Assembly: GCA_040219255.1 (NCBI GenBank)
Contig: JAVJSW010000042.1
Location: 64,001 to 128,000 of the forward strand
Length of the DNA stretch: 64,000 nucleotides
From: Sumerlaeia bacterium
Lineage (GTDB): Bacteria > Sumerlaeota > Sumerlaeia > SLMS01 > JAHLLQ01
Direction: 5' to 3'
Position numbers and translations under genes: made by a program. The notes beneath the pieces are model-generated. The model had not been told where the DNA came from. It saw only the letters and a list, made by a program, of their open reading frames with translations, and did no database searches. Below, one piece after another: positions 18,784 through 29,500 of this stretch (positions are counted from its first letter, which is position 1; each line of letters begins with the position of its first letter).

Positions 18784-20445
18784 TCACTCTTCGACAGCCT
18801 GATGATAAATTACCACGGTCTGGAAATCCACCACCGGGGCCAGGTGCGCCGGCGGCGTGGACAGACCGTCGCCGATGCGAACCACCGTGATGCTCTCGTC
18901 CTGGGCCCACCGCTCCTCCAGGTCTGGTCCCCCTTGCAGACGAATGCGATCCAAGTGCCCCGCCATCAACGCGATATGCCACCAGTGGGCGAAGTTGTGA
19001 TCCGCCTTGTGCAGCACGACATCGCCGCCTCTGCCCAGATTGGGCAGGTGCTGGGGCTCGCGGAACTCCTGGGCCAGGAAATGCCCCACGGCAAAAGACG
19101 CCGTGTCGTAACCCCACCATTTGTAGCGGCCCGCTTCCCCCGCCGAACGGGCCCCAAACGTAATCAGGGTCCACAGGACAAGGGCGCTGGCGATCCAACC
19201 CGCGCTCCGCAGAGCCAGGGTGGGCCGGCGGCTGGCAAGGGTGGCCAGGACCGCGTCTTCGCCGACCGCGACCGCCATGGAGGCAATGGGCGACGCGAGC
19301 ACCAGGAGGCTGATGACGTAACGCTCGAGCGAGGAGGGGATGCTCTGCAAGGCCGTTACGACGATCATCAGGCCAATGTAGGCGAGGATCGCCAACGAGC
19401 CAAAAAGCGTGAGCGGCCTCCTGCTTCCCCGGATGAGTGCGATGGGAATTCCCGCTAGGAACAACCCCCACAGGCTTCCGATCTGAGCGTGGGCGGGCAG
19501 CCTAAAGATCTGGAGGCGCTGCCAGAACGTCCATTCGGCGCCAACGGTGTGCGTTCCAGTCTGGTTTTTGAAGAATGCGAGCGGATGACCGAAATGCAGC
19601 AGGCTGTCGATCATCCAGTAGACCGGGAACGCCAGCGCCAAGGCGCCCGCCACCCAGAAAACCACAGAGTACGACCGCATCGGATTCGGTTGCTTGGGCT
19701 GGAGCCATGCGGGAAGTGCGCGTGCGCCGAAAGTCCGCCAGAGCCAGTGCAGCCCGGATAGGGCGCCGAAAGCCGCGATCCAGATCCAGCCTTCGTACCG
19801 GAAACCGGACGCCAAAGTGGCGAAGAGCCCGGCACCGGCGAGGAAGACGGGGCCTCCACGGCGACCCTCCCCCGCCCGCCGCCAGCCGTGCAGGGCGCAC
19901 GCGAGGCTGAGGCACAGGAAAGCCGTCGTGGGCATTTCCGTCATGGCGCCAGTGCTGAGCCACGAGTGCATCGGGAGAATGGCCACGAACCAGGCACAAA
20001 AGACCGCGCTGGAATCGCGCCCCGTCACCTCACGCCCAAGCCACGCCGCACTCAGCACGCTCAGCACCGCGTAAGCCGAGGCCAGCCAATGCATGATGGC
20101 GTTGTTGTCGTCGCCCATGCGCATCGCTGCGGCGCTGACGAGGTGCGAACCGACAGGCCAGACACGGTCGTTGGTGCTGAGCGCATCGCTGATGTCTTGA
20201 TCGAACGCGTGATTCATCAGCAGGCGGGCGCCTTCGTCAGGCCACATGGTGACGTAGCCCTGCCAGATGCTTTGAACGATGAAGGCGAACTTGAATGCCA
20301 CGGCGCCGCCGATCAGAGCAATGGCCCATCGGCTCCAACGCGTCATTTCCGGCGCCAACGCCGACGGCGAGGTCCATCGTAAGGTGGCCGCCAGACCCAG
20401 CGCGGCGGCGCCTGCGCAGACGGAAAGAAGAAACAGATCGGACAT
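18784..20445 (-). CDS. Polytopic membrane glycosyltransferase (GT-C, ArnT/PMT-like)
   Basis: WPDE acidic motif after the N-terminal TM segments, MTE, FRYEGW, ERY motifs; more than 10 TM segments. Confidence 0.65.
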   Translation of the reverse strand: MSDLFLLSVCAGAAALGLAATLRWTSPSALAPEMTRWSRWAIALIGGAVAFKFAFIVQSIWQGYVTMWPDEGARLLMNHAFDQDISDALSTNDRVWPVGSHLVSAAAMRMGDDNNAIMHWLASAYAVLSVLSAAWLGREVTGRDSSAVFCAWFVAILPMHSWLSTGAMTEMPTTAFLCLSLACALHGWRRAGEGRRGGPVFLAGAGLFATLASGFRYEGWIWIAAFGALSGLHWLWRTFGARALPAWLQPKQPNPMRSYSVVFWVAGALALAFPVYWMIDSLLHFGHPLAFFKNQTGTHTVGAEWTFWQRLQIFRLPAHAQIGSLWGLFLAGIPIALIRGSRRPLTLFGSLAILAYIGLMIVVTALQSIPSSLERYVISLLVLASPIASMAVAVGEDAVLATLASRRPTLALRSAGWIASALVLWTLITFGARSAGEAGRYKWWGYDTASFAVGHFLAQEFREPQHLPNLGRGGDVVLHKADHNFAHWWHIALMAGHLDRIRLQGGPDLEERWAQDESITVVRIGDGLSTPPAHLAPVVDFQTVVIYHQAVEE

Positions 20446-20479
20446 GAGAAGGAGGTCCCTGGTGCTGGCCCAGTCTCGC

Positions 20480-22402
20480 TCAGGATTCGGCAGGAGCCAG
20501 CTTCTTATGGTCCGACTTTTCGCGCTGGCGTTTCATGAGCGCAACCGAGAGCACGTCCACGTCGCTGGGGTTGACGCCGGCGAGGCGGCTGGCTTGGCCT
20601 AGGGTTTCGGGGCGGAAGCGCTTGAGCACCTGGCGCGCTTCAAAGCGAATGGATGTCAGCTCGTCCCAGTAGGCCCAGTCCTGCGGCAGAGTCAGGTGCT
20701 CGCGGCCGCGGGCGGCGACGACATGCCGGGCTTGCTTGTCCAGATAGCCAGCATAATTGATCTCGATATCCACCAACTCGCGGTAGCGCTCGTCCCAGAG
20801 GCCCTCGAGCCGTGGCGTCAACGGCCCGGCGACGGCTTCGAAGGTGGCGAGGTCGACGTCCGGGCGTGCCAGGAGCTGCGCCAGCGTGGCGTGCTTGGCG
20901 GGGCGCTCGAAACCGTGGCGCCCGGCCGCTTCCCAATCCGCGTCGCGGTGAACGAAGGCGGTGCCGCGCAGGCGTTCCGTCTCCGCATCGACGGCCCCGC
21001 GCAGCTTCTCGACCGCTTCCAGTTCCGCCTCGCCGATCATGCCGATGCGATGGGCGTGGCGTGACAGGCGCAGGTCCGCGTTGTCACAGCGCAGCAGCAG
21101 GCGGAACTCGGCGCGGCTGGTGAACAGGCGGTAGGGCTCGCGGTGGTCCTTGGTCAGCAGATCGTCCACCATCACCGCGAGGTAGGCTTCGTCGCGGTTG
21201 AGGACCAGCGGCTCCTGCTCCTTGACCGCGAGCGCCGCGTTGATCCCGGCCAGGAGACCTTGGCCCCCGGCCTCTTCATAGCCCGACGTGCCATTGATCT
21301 GTCCCGCCAGGAACAGCCCCGGGATGGCCTTCGTTTCCAGCGTAGGCCTCAACTGGCGCGGGTGGACGTAGGTGTATTCCACGGCGTAGCCATGGCGCAG
21401 GAACTCGACATTTTCCAGCCCCGGGACGGTGCGCAGGAACGCCTCCTGCACGTCGGCGGGCATGCTGGTGCTGACGCCGTTGGGATAGACGGAGTCGCCG
21501 TGGCGCGTTTCCGGTTCGAGGAAAATCTGGTGGCTCGGCTTGTCCTCAAAGCGCACGACCTTGTCCTCGATGGAGGGGCAATAGCGGGGCCCGACGCCCT
21601 GGATGGCGCCCATGAACATGGGGCTCTTGTCCAGATTGGCGCGGATAATGTCGTGGGTCTGGACGTTCGTGCTGGTCAGGTAGCAGGGCACCTGATCGAC
21701 CTGGAGGTTACGGGTCTTGAAACTCATCGGCGGCGGCGGGTCGTCGCCCGGCTGTGGCGTGCAGCGGCTGAAGTCGATGGTGCTTTTCTTGAGCCGGGCC
21801 GGGGTGCCGGTCTTGAGCCGGCCGGTGTCCAGACCGAGGTCGAGGAACGAATCGGCGAGGCGATTGGAGGCGCGCTCGCCCACGCGGCCGCCTTCGGTCT
21901 TCACCAGACCGCAGTGCATCACGCCGCCGAGGAACGTGCCGGTCGTCAGCACCAGCGCGCGGCAGGAGCAGCGCGTCCCGTCCTCCAAAACCAAGCCGCA
22001 AATGCGGCCGTCTTCCGTCAGGATTTCCGCCCCCGTGCCGCCCATCGGGATCAGTTTATCCATGCGCAGCATGACGCGCTGCATCCATCGAGGGTACGTG
22101 TCCTTGTCCAGTTGCACGCGGGGCGCGCGGACCGCCGGTCCCTTGCTGCGGTTCAGAAGGCGGAACTGAATGCCGTTGGCGTCGGAGGCGACAGCCTGGA
22201 GCCCGCCGAGCGCATCAATCTCCCGGACAAGGTGACCCTTGCCCAGGCCGCCCATGGCCGGATTGCAGGACAAGCGCCCGATGGCCGAGGGGTCCATGGT
22301 GATGAGCGCGGTCTTGCATCCGAGGCGGGCGGAAGCATGGGCGGCTTCGATGCCGGCGTGGCCTCCGCCCAGGACGATGACGTCGAATGTGAACTGGCTC
22401 AT
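20480..22402 (-). CDS. mnmG: tRNA uridine-5-carboxymethylaminomethyl(34) synthesis enzyme MnmG
   Basis: GGGHAGIEAA, SCNPAMGG, SKGPAV, RLKTGTP, GPRYCPSIEDK, AGQINGTSGYEEA, FTSRAEFRL. Confidence 0.97.
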   Translation of the reverse strand: MSQFTFDVIVLGGGHAGIEAAHASARLGCKTALITMDPSAIGRLSCNPAMGGLGKGHLVREIDALGGLQAVASDANGIQFRLLNRSKGPAVRAPRVQLDKDTYPRWMQRVMLRMDKLIPMGGTGAEILTEDGRICGLVLEDGTRCSCRALVLTTGTFLGGVMHCGLVKTEGGRVGERASNRLADSFLDLGLDTGRLKTGTPARLKKSTIDFSRCTPQPGDDPPPPMSFKTRNLQVDQVPCYLTSTNVQTHDIIRANLDKSPMFMGAIQGVGPRYCPSIEDKVVRFEDKPSHQIFLEPETRHGDSVYPNGVSTSMPADVQEAFLRTVPGLENVEFLRHGYAVEYTYVHPRQLRPTLETKAIPGLFLAGQINGTSGYEEAGGQGLLAGINAALAVKEQEPLVLNRDEAYLAVMVDDLLTKDHREPYRLFTSRAEFRLLLRCDNADLRLSRHAHRIGMIGEAELEAVEKLRGAVDAETERLRGTAFVHRDADWEAAGRHGFERPAKHATLAQLLARPDVDLATFEAVAGPLTPRLEGLWDERYRELVDIEINYAGYLDKQARHVVAARGREHLTLPQDWAYWDELTSIRFEARQVLKRFRPETLGQASRLAGVNPSDVDVLSVALMKRQREKSDHKKLAPAES

Positions 22403-22434
22403 TGGGGGTCCTCGCCGAGAATGCTTCGCGGCTA

Positions 22435-22477
22435 AAAAATAAGAAGGGCGCGGAGCGGGTTGCCCGCGCCGCGCCCC
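22435..22477 (-). terminator. Rho-independent terminator downstream of the PPIase gene
   Basis: GC-rich stem (+ strand GGGCGCGGAGCGGG...CCCGCGCCGCGCCC) followed on the - strand by TTCTTATTTTTT. Confidence 0.7.
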
Positions 22478-22502
22478 AATTGGCCTAAAGGCCGGTGCGA
22501 TT

Positions 22503-24524
22503 TCAAGAGCCGAGGTGGTATTCGTAGCCGGCTTTTTCGTTCATTTCGCTGACGATCTTTTCGCGGGCCGCGGCGTTCCTTTTGTTCATGATCTGCTGGT
22601 TGATGTCCGCCTTGGCATCTTCGAATTCGGCGGTGCGGGGTTCGTCGCGCCGCACGATGTAGTGGGCCAGCACCTCATCGCCCCAAACGATGGGGCCGAA
22701 GATGCGGCTCTTCGGATTCGCGTCGTAGATGCCTTGGCCCAAGCCATCGCGCCATTCCAGGCCGACCCGGCCGACCGAGCCGTCGGCCTTCACGAAATCA
22801 TCCTCGCTCAGTTCCTTCACCTTGGCGGTGAAGCCGTCGATGGTATCGACGCCTTCGAGTTCCTTGGCGAGTTTGGCCCGTTCCTCTTCCAGAATCCGTT
22901 CGCGTTCGGCTTCGGTGGCATCGGCGGGGATGGGGGGGCGTTTCGTGATCTGGCGCAGGAGGAGGCTGGCATCGCGCGAGTAGCGATCCATGTTCTCCTC
23001 GTAGAACGTGCGCAATTCCTCCTCCGACGGCTCCTCGATGGCGCTTTGCATCTTGTTTTCGAGGTAACGGGCGGCGTAGAAACGGTCTTCGAGGGCCTTG
23101 TTCAGATCGGCGAATTCTTGCGTCTCCGTGAGCTTCTTGCGGTTTGTGTCCCAGAAGAGCAGTTCGCGGCGAACCAGGCCGACCCGGTCCATGGCGGCGA
23201 GAAGTTCCTCAAGGGGTGTTTCCTCGTTGAAGTCGCGGCCGAAATCGAGGCGGAAGGCTTGCACGGTGTAGGACCCCGCGTCCGTCGCGACGATGACGTC
23301 CTCCGGCTCGGCGGTCGTGAACGCGGCGGCCAGGACTTCCTCGTCGATATCGATGGACTTGCCGGGGCTGGTTTCCGGCTTCGGGTCCGCGGCGCGATAT
23401 TCGTCCCAGAGCCGATCGAAGGACTCGTCGATGATGGCCGTGCGGCGTTCCCGATCGAGAGTCGAGGAGATCACGTCGCGGACTTCGTCGAGGGGTTGAG
23501 GGCCGTCGGGCCGATGACGAACCCGGTTGATGATCTGGTAGCCGTGGCGGGTCTTGACGGGTTCGGAGATTTCCCCGTCCTTGAGCGTGTCGAACGTTTC
23601 GCGGATGGGGCCGAGGATTTGTTTCCCATCGCCCGGGTTGATGACGAGAAGCCGGCCGGGGCGGTCGGCCTCGGACAATTCCGAGGCGACGTCTTCAAAG
23701 GGCTCGCCGCCTTCGGTGACTCGCTGGTAGGCGGAGCGGGCTTTTTCGAGAATGGCTTGCGTTTCCGCCTCGCTCATGGGAACGAGGAGGACTTCGCCCT
23801 CCACAAGGGCCTGGGCGGGAACCATGTTGCCTTCACGATCTTCCACGTCGGCGCTGCGCGCTTCCTTGCTGCGGCTGTCGAGAATGTCGCTCGCGCGGGA
23901 AGCGTCACCGGTCATCTTCTCTGCGATCGACTCGAGCGTATCGCCCGCTTCGACCACGTAGTCCTTGTAGGTCGAGAAGAAGATATGACGGAACTGAAGT
24001 TGCTCGCGCTGGGTGAAGCGGGATTCCTTCTTGTCTTCGTAGTAGGCGGCGATTTCCTCGTCGCTCGGTTCCTCGACCTTGGAATTGACGTTTTCATCGA
24101 GCCAGACCTTGGCGATGGCCTGGTTCTGGCGGGCGAGGAGTTGCTCCATCGACTCCGCGTCGGGGGTGAAACCCTCGGCTTTGGCGTCTTGGGTGGCCTG
24201 CTGATAAATCACGAGGTCGCTGGCCAGGAGGCGCCGCTGTTCCGGGTCCATGGCGCGGAAGGCTTCGATTTCGAGTTCCAGATTCTGGGGGCGAAGGTCC
24301 GCCGGCAAGTCACGCATTTGCTCGAAGAAATCGCCGACTGTGACGACCTCGCCAAAGGCGGTGTAGTAGGGGGTTTGCTCGGTGATGGAGTCGCCCTCGA
24401 GAGAGATCATTCTGCTGGCGGGCTGTGTTTCCTGGGCGGCGAGGGGTGCCGGGCCCGCGAGGAACGCGGCGCCGCAGAAGACCGGGATGGCGAGGCGGAG
24501 GGGATGCAAAAGGCTTGGCTTCAT
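22503..24524 (-). CDS. Exported parvulin-type peptidyl-prolyl isomerase (PrsA/SurA-like, two PPIase modules) with LysM-like insertion
   Basis: Signal peptide; PSDEEIAAYY, FRHIF, FEDVASELSE, GEISEPVKTRHGYQII; second module KELSED; YVVEAGDTLESIAEK. Confidence 0.82.
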   Translation of the reverse strand: MKPSLLHPLRLAIPVFCGAAFLAGPAPLAAQETQPASRMISLEGDSITEQTPYYTAFGEVVTVGDFFEQMRDLPADLRPQNLELEIEAFRAMDPEQRRLLASDLVIYQQATQDAKAEGFTPDAESMEQLLARQNQAIAKVWLDENVNSKVEEPSDEEIAAYYEDKKESRFTQREQLQFRHIFFSTYKDYVVEAGDTLESIAEKMTGDASRASDILDSRSKEARSADVEDREGNMVPAQALVEGEVLLVPMSEAETQAILEKARSAYQRVTEGGEPFEDVASELSEADRPGRLLVINPGDGKQILGPIRETFDTLKDGEISEPVKTRHGYQIINRVRHRPDGPQPLDEVRDVISSTLDRERRTAIIDESFDRLWDEYRAADPKPETSPGKSIDIDEEVLAAAFTTAEPEDVIVATDAGSYTVQAFRLDFGRDFNEETPLEELLAAMDRVGLVRRELLFWDTNRKKLTETQEFADLNKALEDRFYAARYLENKMQSAIEEPSEEELRTFYEENMDRYSRDASLLLRQITKRPPIPADATEAERERILEEERAKLAKELEGVDTIDGFTAKVKELSEDDFVKADGSVGRVGLEWRDGLGQGIYDANPKSRIFGPIVWGDEVLAHYIVRRDEPRTAEFEDAKADINQQIMNKRNAAAREKIVSEMNEKAGYEYHLGS

Positions 24525-24906
24525 TCTAGAGAAGAACTCCTGTCGAATGGTGTCATGGAAAACCCGCCGGGCCGCTGGTGCTTTGCGGCGGGCGGGATGA
24601 ATGGCTTCGGAAAAGACTCCCGAAGGACTGGCAGGGTTGGGTGGCGCCGCAAGGAAGATTCGCGAAACGGCGATTTTCCCCGCCGCCGAAAAGGGACTGG
24701 CGGGAGCCGCTTTTTCTCCCTTTCCCCCAGTTCGCGTCTTCTCGTAGGAATTCACAGTGTCGGCCAAGGGCGCCCGGTGCGGCTTTTTTTTCTCAGCTCG
24801 AGCCCGCCCGGCCCGTCTTTTGTGAACCGGCTGCCCTTAGGCATTGTCTATCTCGCCGAACTCATTGGGCTTCCCAAAGCCCTTACCGATGAAGGGAACC
24901 TGATCG

Positions 24907-25422
24907 ATGACAGATTCGAAAACCAATCCGCGGCGGCGCCGCGCCATCGCCTTGACAGGCGCGCTGGCCTTCGCGCTGCTGCTTTCCGCTCCGTTGGCCT
25001 GGAGCCAGAGCGCCCGCGCTGGCGACAAGGTCTACGCCAAATTCGATAACGTCCAAGTGCGTGACACCAGCCGCCGCACCCTGGCGACCGTCTCCGCGGG
25101 GACGGAATTCGTCGTGGTCGCACCCGGCCGGCCTTTTTACGAGGTGAAACTGACCGATGGCCGCCAAGGCCTCGTGAGCTACTTCCAAATCCAGGAAGAT
25201 CAACCACGCGCCTCCGGTCTGGGAGGTGTTCTCCGCGGCGACCGCGATATCGCCGAGATGCGCACCGGCTCGGGTGCCCGTGGGCTTTCCGCCGCCGCGG
25301 TGGACCTGTCGGAAGACGGCGACGCGACCACCCAAGCCGTGGCCGCGGTGCGCGCCATGGAATCGACCGCCGCCAGCATTTCGAACGCGCAAGTCGAAGC
25401 CTTCGCTTCGCAGTTGGAGTAA
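24907..25422 (+). CDS. Secreted SH3-like domain protein
   Basis: Signal peptide (RRRRAIALTGALAFALLL..AWS); SH3b-like VRD...LATVSAG...FYEVKLTDGRQGLV; GARGLS; helical tail. Confidence 0.65.
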   Translation: MTDSKTNPRRRRAIALTGALAFALLLSAPLAWSQSARAGDKVYAKFDNVQVRDTSRRTLATVSAGTEFVVVAPGRPFYEVKLTDGRQGLVSYFQIQEDQPRASGLGGVLRGDRDIAEMRTGSGARGLSAAAVDLSEDGDATTQAVAAVRAMESTAASISNAQVEAFASQLE

Positions 25423-25426
25423 ACCA

Positions 25427-26470
25427 ATGACGACGAAACCCTTTGGCCGCCGTTGGGCGGCTCTCCTGATGGCGGGCGCCGTTTCGGCGGTTACGCTCGC
25501 CTGCACTTCGTCCCAGGTGGGCGAGGCGGTGCGCACCGGAGCCACGGCGGCCGGCGCGTCGGAAAAAGAAGCGGCTGGCTACGGCGCCGCGGCGGGCAAC
25601 CTGGTTTCCGCCACGGGCTCCATCGATCCGGCGACAGAACGGGCGCTGGGCGATGGCGTGGCGGTCAAGATTTTTGATCGCCTGGGGCCGCGGCTGGCGG
25701 ACGAAAAGGTTCAGGAATATGTGAATCTGGTGGGCCGCAGCCTGACCGGCAACAGCAGCCGAGCCGAACTGCCATTCGCCTTTGGCGTGGTGGAAAACGA
25801 CACGGTGGCGGCCTACGCTGCCCCCGGCGGGTACATTTTCATCACCACGGGCGCGCTGGCGCTGATGGAGAACGAGGCGGAGCTGGCGGGCGTTCTCGGC
25901 CATGAAATCACCCACGTCAACCAGCGTCACATGGAGCCGCTGTATCGCACAGCGCGACTTCTTGACGCGGCCCAGTTCGCGGCGCAAGCCAGCGGCGATG
26001 TCTCGGAAGAGCAGCTCGCAAAGTACAGCGACCTGGCCGATCAGGTGACCGATGCCATTCTGAACAAAGGGTTCGGCCCCGCCAAGGAATACGAAGCAGA
26101 CCAGATGGGCGTGGAATTGGCCGCCGTGTCGGGCTACGATCCCAATGGGCTGGCCGATTTCCTGCGCAAGATGCAGGCGATGGAAAGCCACAGCGGCGGT
26201 TGGTTCAGCACCCACCCGCCGACATCGAGCCGCATCGGCCGGCTGGAAACCCACACCACGCAAGTGCTCGGTGGCATGAGTGGCGCCCAGGGCCGGACAC
26301 GCTTTCAGAAGGTGATCTCCGGCATGAAGCCTTCCGCCCGCGCCCAGCAACCGGCCCGCGGCGCCGTGACCAAGCCCGGCGAATCCCCCGCCGCGACACA
26401 GCCCGGCACGCCGGTGCAAGGCGGGGGGGCGCGTTTCATGCCCCGCAGCAACGCCGTCGGCCAGCCTTGA
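25427..26470 (+). CDS. M48-family zinc metallopeptidase (BepA/YfgC/LoiP-like) lipoprotein
   Basis: TLAC lipobox; AYAAPGGYIFITTG, EAELAGVLGHEITH (HExxH at 25901-25915), EYEADQMG, GYDP, FSTHP. Confidence 0.9.
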   Translation: MTTKPFGRRWAALLMAGAVSAVTLACTSSQVGEAVRTGATAAGASEKEAAGYGAAAGNLVSATGSIDPATERALGDGVAVKIFDRLGPRLADEKVQEYVNLVGRSLTGNSSRAELPFAFGVVENDTVAAYAAPGGYIFITTGALALMENEAELAGVLGHEITHVNQRHMEPLYRTARLLDAAQFAAQASGDVSEEQLAKYSDLADQVTDAILNKGFGPAKEYEADQMGVELAAVSGYDPNGLADFLRKMQAMESHSGGWFSTHPPTSSRIGRLETHTTQVLGGMSGAQGRTRFQKVISGMKPSARAQQPARGAVTKPGESPAATQPGTPVQGGGARFMPRSNAVGQP

Positions 26471-26538
26471 CCCGGGGCGCGCTCTGACGATGGAGTGCGC
26501 CTCCCAAAACTTCACTTTTCCGCAGGGAGACCCGGTCC

Positions 26539-29500
26539 TTGGCCGACAGCCCGGACAATTCGCCCGAAGTCACCGAACCCACTCCTTCACAGGAGGGGGC
26601 GTCCCAGGGCACGTCCGCCCCACCAACGGGCAAGCGCAAGCGCCGTTGGTTGCGGCGGATTCTCTGGTTTCTCGCCGTCGTCCTCTTGCTGATCGTTCTG
26701 CTCGTGGCGCTGCTGCCGACGATTCTGACCAGTGGACCCGCTGAAGACTTCGCCTCCGAGCAGGCCAGCGAAATCCTCGGGCGGGAGGTGAAGCTCGAGG
26801 GTTTGAGCTTCGGTTGGACCAAGCCGCTGCGGCTCGACCGCCTGCGCGTCGGTGCCGAAGAGGGCGAAGGCGACTACCCGCTCCTCGACATCGAGAATGT
26901 TTCGATGCCGAAGTCGTTGCTGTCGCTGGCCCACCTGCCGCCCTACGAGGCCGAGCTGAATGTTGGCCGCATTGAGGCCAACGTTGTGAGAGACGAAGAC
27001 GGCGTGCTGAACCTGGAGAAAGTGCTGCAGGCCATCGAGGAGCGCTTTCCCCCGAAGGATGTGCCCGAACCGGAACCGGAGCCGGGCCCCATCGAGTTGC
27101 CGCTCGATCAGATCGACGTCGGCATCGAGACGATCGACCTGCGTTACGTGGACTTGGCGGCGACGCGGACTTTGATCGCGGGGCTGGAGGACGGCGCGCT
27201 TTCCGCCCGTTGGCCCGGCGGGCCGCAACCTCTGGCTCTGACCATCGAAGGGGCTTTTCGCCTGAATGACGAGCGCCTGCCCTGGGACGTCCAAGCCGAG
27301 GTGCGCGATTGGATCGACGCGGAGCGCGTCGTGACGACGGAGACGCTCACCCTGGCGGCGACTTCGGCGGAGTCCCTGGACAACCCCGACCTGACCGGTG
27401 GAGGGTTCTCTCTGCTGGCGACGCTGCGGGAAATGGAGACGAATTCCCTGAGGGTCCGGGTTCCTTTCACTCCCCTCTACGATTTCGCGAGGGGCTACCC
27501 GCTTGGCACGCTGTTGCCGCCGGACCTGGAACTTCCCGAAACCGTCGCCGGGACCCTCGAGCTTGGCCTGAAGGCCACCCATAGCCAGCAATTCCAGCAC
27601 TTCACCGCCGAAACGGAAGCCTCGCTGCGAGGTTTCGCGGTGGAAGGCGGCCCCGTGGCCGGGCGGTTGGCGTTGCCGGGCTTGGAGCATTCGGCCTTTG
27701 CCGAAGTCGACCTCGCCTCCCATACACTGGAGCGGCTGGACTTGTCGCTGGAGAGCGCGCCGTTGACGCTGACCGCCGAGGCGGCGGCGCTCGACTGGCT
27801 GCACCCGGCGGAGGGATCGCGGCTGATGGCGCAGGGGTCCTTCGATCTTGGCCGCTTGGCCTCGATCGGCGCGGAAGTGCTCGGCGCCGGCGATCAGGCT
27901 TCCCTGCTGGACGCCCGCTTCGGTTTCAGCGCCCGGCTCCTGGAGGAAAGCGGCCCGAATCTGGTCGCGGTGGGCCTGACCGCGGAGGCGGAGCTGGGAG
28001 AGTTGCGGACGCTCGAACCGTTCGCTGAGAACCCGGAGTTCCTGACGAGCGGCAGCCTGAACCTTCGGCCCTTGTCCTTCGTGGCGCGGGGGCCGGTGCG
28101 ATATCGCGCTTCGGAGCACCTCGTGACCGTGCCGGATCTGGAGTTCGCCGGGGCTTTCACGACCGCCTCCCTGCGAGCCGAGGTGAACTTGGACGATCCG
28201 CTGGCCACCTGGGAATTGGCGCTATTCGGCGGGACGCATCTGACGGACCTGATCGCCTGGGACGCGCTGGATCGCTTCAAACCGGCGGATCTGCCGGACG
28301 TGCGGGCCTTGGCCGATTACGCCATTTCGGGATACGCGGTGACGGCGACGGAAGTGGCCACCAGCGGCACCGTGAACCTGACGAATGTGACGGTGGATTT
28401 GCCGCTGCGGGGCAAAGTGCTGGACAACGCGACGATCGCGGCCGACTGGGATGTGCGGGCCGATTATGAAGACCTGACCGTGGACATCGCACGGGTCGGT
28501 CTGGAGAGCCCCATCCTGCGGGCGAATTTGCGGGGGCGCTACACGCCGCGGGACTTCAACCTGGAAGGCGGAGCCGGGGCGGACCTCGAACCGATCATGG
28601 ACATCGCGAGCCTCTTCGCCGAAATTCCGGCCCAAGTGGGCGGATCGTTGGCGGCGGAATTCAGCGGCTCGGGCAACCCGGGCGATGCGGTCGAGATGAC
28701 TTTGCGTGCCACCACTCCCCGGCCGCTGGCGGTGGAAATGCCAGGCCTGATCGCCTTCTCGGAACCGTTCAGCACATCGCTGGCGGGGCAGGCTTTGTGG
28801 GAGGGGGATGGAATCAGCACCGCCACGCTCGACCTCAATTCGTTCACCTTTGGCGACGCGCTGGCCGCCAACGGCAAGGCCGTCGTCGACCTGACCGGCG
28901 GACGGGGGCTGGACTTCGAATTGGACTCGCTGCTCAATACAAGCCCCACATTGGCGTTGCTGGACCCGGCGTTGCTGGAATCCTACGGCGCGGCCGTGGC
29001 GGCCGAGGGCACGATCGAAACATTCGTGGCCGTCGACGGCCCTTTTGCGTTCGGCGAGGACGGTGTAGTTTTCTCCGAAGCGTGGACCATCGCGGGCGAG
29101 AACGACATCGCGCTGGAGTTCGTCGACTGGCTTTATCAACCTGAGCCCGCGCCCGATGAAACGGGCGAGTTGGCCGAGCCGGAGCCGCTGGCCGGGGTCT
29201 TAAAAGAAATCTTCGACAATCGCAAGTTCAATGTCTCGGTGGACTTGACCTCTCCAGTAGAAACGCTCGTTTACGAGGATGGCGCCATCAGCGGCTTCGA
29301 TTTCGTCGAGGGGCCTATGGGCGTCGCGGTCGACACGACGCGGGTGGAGACGGCGGTGCGTTACGCCACCGGAGAGCCCATCCCCTTCTCGGTCATGCGC
29401 GGCAGCTATCTGGGCGGGGTGCGCTACGGCAACGAGATCGTGACGCTGGAATGGCCGCGCACGGACTTCGCCACGGCGACCGTTACGGATCTGGAGGCGA

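Noticed and set aside
24525-24906. Possible ncRNA in the divergent intergenic region with T-runs
   Set aside because: Only short, weak stems and no recognisable RNA family motif
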